Positions 16,342-16,949 of a stretch of 16,949 nt of DNA are shown piece by piece. A program made the position numbers and the translations under genes. The stretch comes from a virus. Lineage: Duplodnaviria; Heunggongvirae; Uroviricota; Caudoviricetes. Every line of letters starts with the position of its first letter. Position 1 is the stretch's first letter. The notes beneath the pieces were generated by a model. That model saw only the letters and a list, made by a program, of their open reading frames with translations. It was not told the DNA's origin and ran no database searches. The DNA is taken from IMG/VR virus record IMGVR_UViG_2534681675_000024. One strand, 5' to 3'.

Positions 16342-16629
16342 ATGATAAAGGACAGGAAAGCTGAAGAGCTGGAGTCAAAAGGGCTATACCGGAGAGCTGC
16401 CGCGCGATGGGCAGAAGTCATGATGCTGGCAGATGGCGATAAAGAACGTGAACATGCAGCAAACAGACGCTCTGAATGTATCCGTAAGGCGGCACGCCCA
16501 CCAGCAACTACAGACAGATTCGGAGATTTAAGACAGGCAGTTAAGCGGACTCATTCGGCTCTTGGTATGGATGAGGAAGCGAGAGGGTACTTCAGGCGTT
16601 ATCGCGATAAAGATTGCCAGAGACAGTAA
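16342..16629 (+). CDS. PerC-family transcriptional regulator-like protein (95 aa)
   Basis: Size and the N-terminal motif ESKGLYRRAAARWAEVM resemble PerC/Pch-family regulators known from EPEC/EHEC plasmids and prophages. TATAAT and an SD lie upstream. Confidence 0.7.
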   Translation: MIKDRKAEELESKGLYRRAAARWAEVMMLADGDKEREHAANRRSECIRKAARPPATTDRFGDLRQAVKRTHSALGMDEEARGYFRRYRDKDCQRQ

Positions 16630-16903
16630 TGCTCTCTCTGTTTTGGCAAATTACCCCTCACTTTGAAGGGATCGGAGCTATAAAAATGGTGTTATCCGGC
16701 TTCCTCAAATTGAGGATTGTGGAAGAATCAATGGGTTAGGTCATCGTGCAAATTTGCACTCTGCCAGCCAACGCAATTTCTCGTTGGCGGAAATATCAGG
16801 TATTTACTGAACGAACGGTCTACCAGTCTGTTCAGTTACCAGTTGCACATGGCTGTTTCATGTGAGAACGGAGGTTTTTTTCGGACATCGCTATTGGGTA
16901 CAG

Positions 16904-16933
16904 CAATTTCACGAGCAATACGCGCGCGCAGGA
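16904..16933 (+). repeat. Repeat family copy 4 (CAATTTCACGAGCAATACGCGCGCGCAGG)
   Basis: Close match to copy 1 at 15008-15036. It sits at the window edge, where a short minus-strand ORF appears to start at 16949. Confidence 0.55.
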
Positions 16934-16949
16934 CAACAAGCCTGAACAT

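Noticed and set aside
8731-16933. Possibility that the repeat clusters form a CRISPR array
   Set aside because: Repeats are short, in mixed orientation and irregularly spaced, with no uniform repeat-spacer periodicity and no cas genes.
1-16949. Classic P4 organisation (sid-delta-psu late operon, cos site, leftward alpha operon)
   Set aside because: All core genes are co-directional with int, and I find no Ogr/Delta-type zinc-finger protein or P2/P4-type cos sequence. A PICI-like or other satellite-like layout fits better.

Overview
This window reads as a phage-satellite / PICI-like integrative element of an enterobacterial type, with almost everything on the + strand. It starts at the ATG of a tyrosine integrase (1-1269), followed by an AT-rich orphan gene, an AlpA-family regulator, an AntA-type antirepressor, a run of translationally coupled small genes, and a zinc-finger/Toprim/P-loop primase-helicase (6355-8706). 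Two clusters of shared iteron-like repeats (about 8731-8840 and 9846-9949) flank two unknown genes and look like an ori/crr-type replication locus. A strong terminator (10315-10347) separates this from a three-gene operon (57, 488 and 701 aa; 10443-14192) encoding large Cys-free, Ala/Gln/Gly-rich proteins with no domain I can recognise. That operon converges on an AT-rich four-helix membrane protein (14212-14826, minus strand). Together these are my best candidate for an undescribed accessory system, but the function is not established and phage ejection/structural proteins remain a live alternative. The right-hand end carries a family of about 25-bp repeats with a TACGCGCGCG core, a small C-tail-anchored membrane protein, an RHH-type regulator, an array of six TGTTGGTTCA repeats, and a PerC-like regulator. 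I found no rRNA, tRNA, CRISPR array or transposase. All family assignments come from reading motifs by eye; no database search was run.
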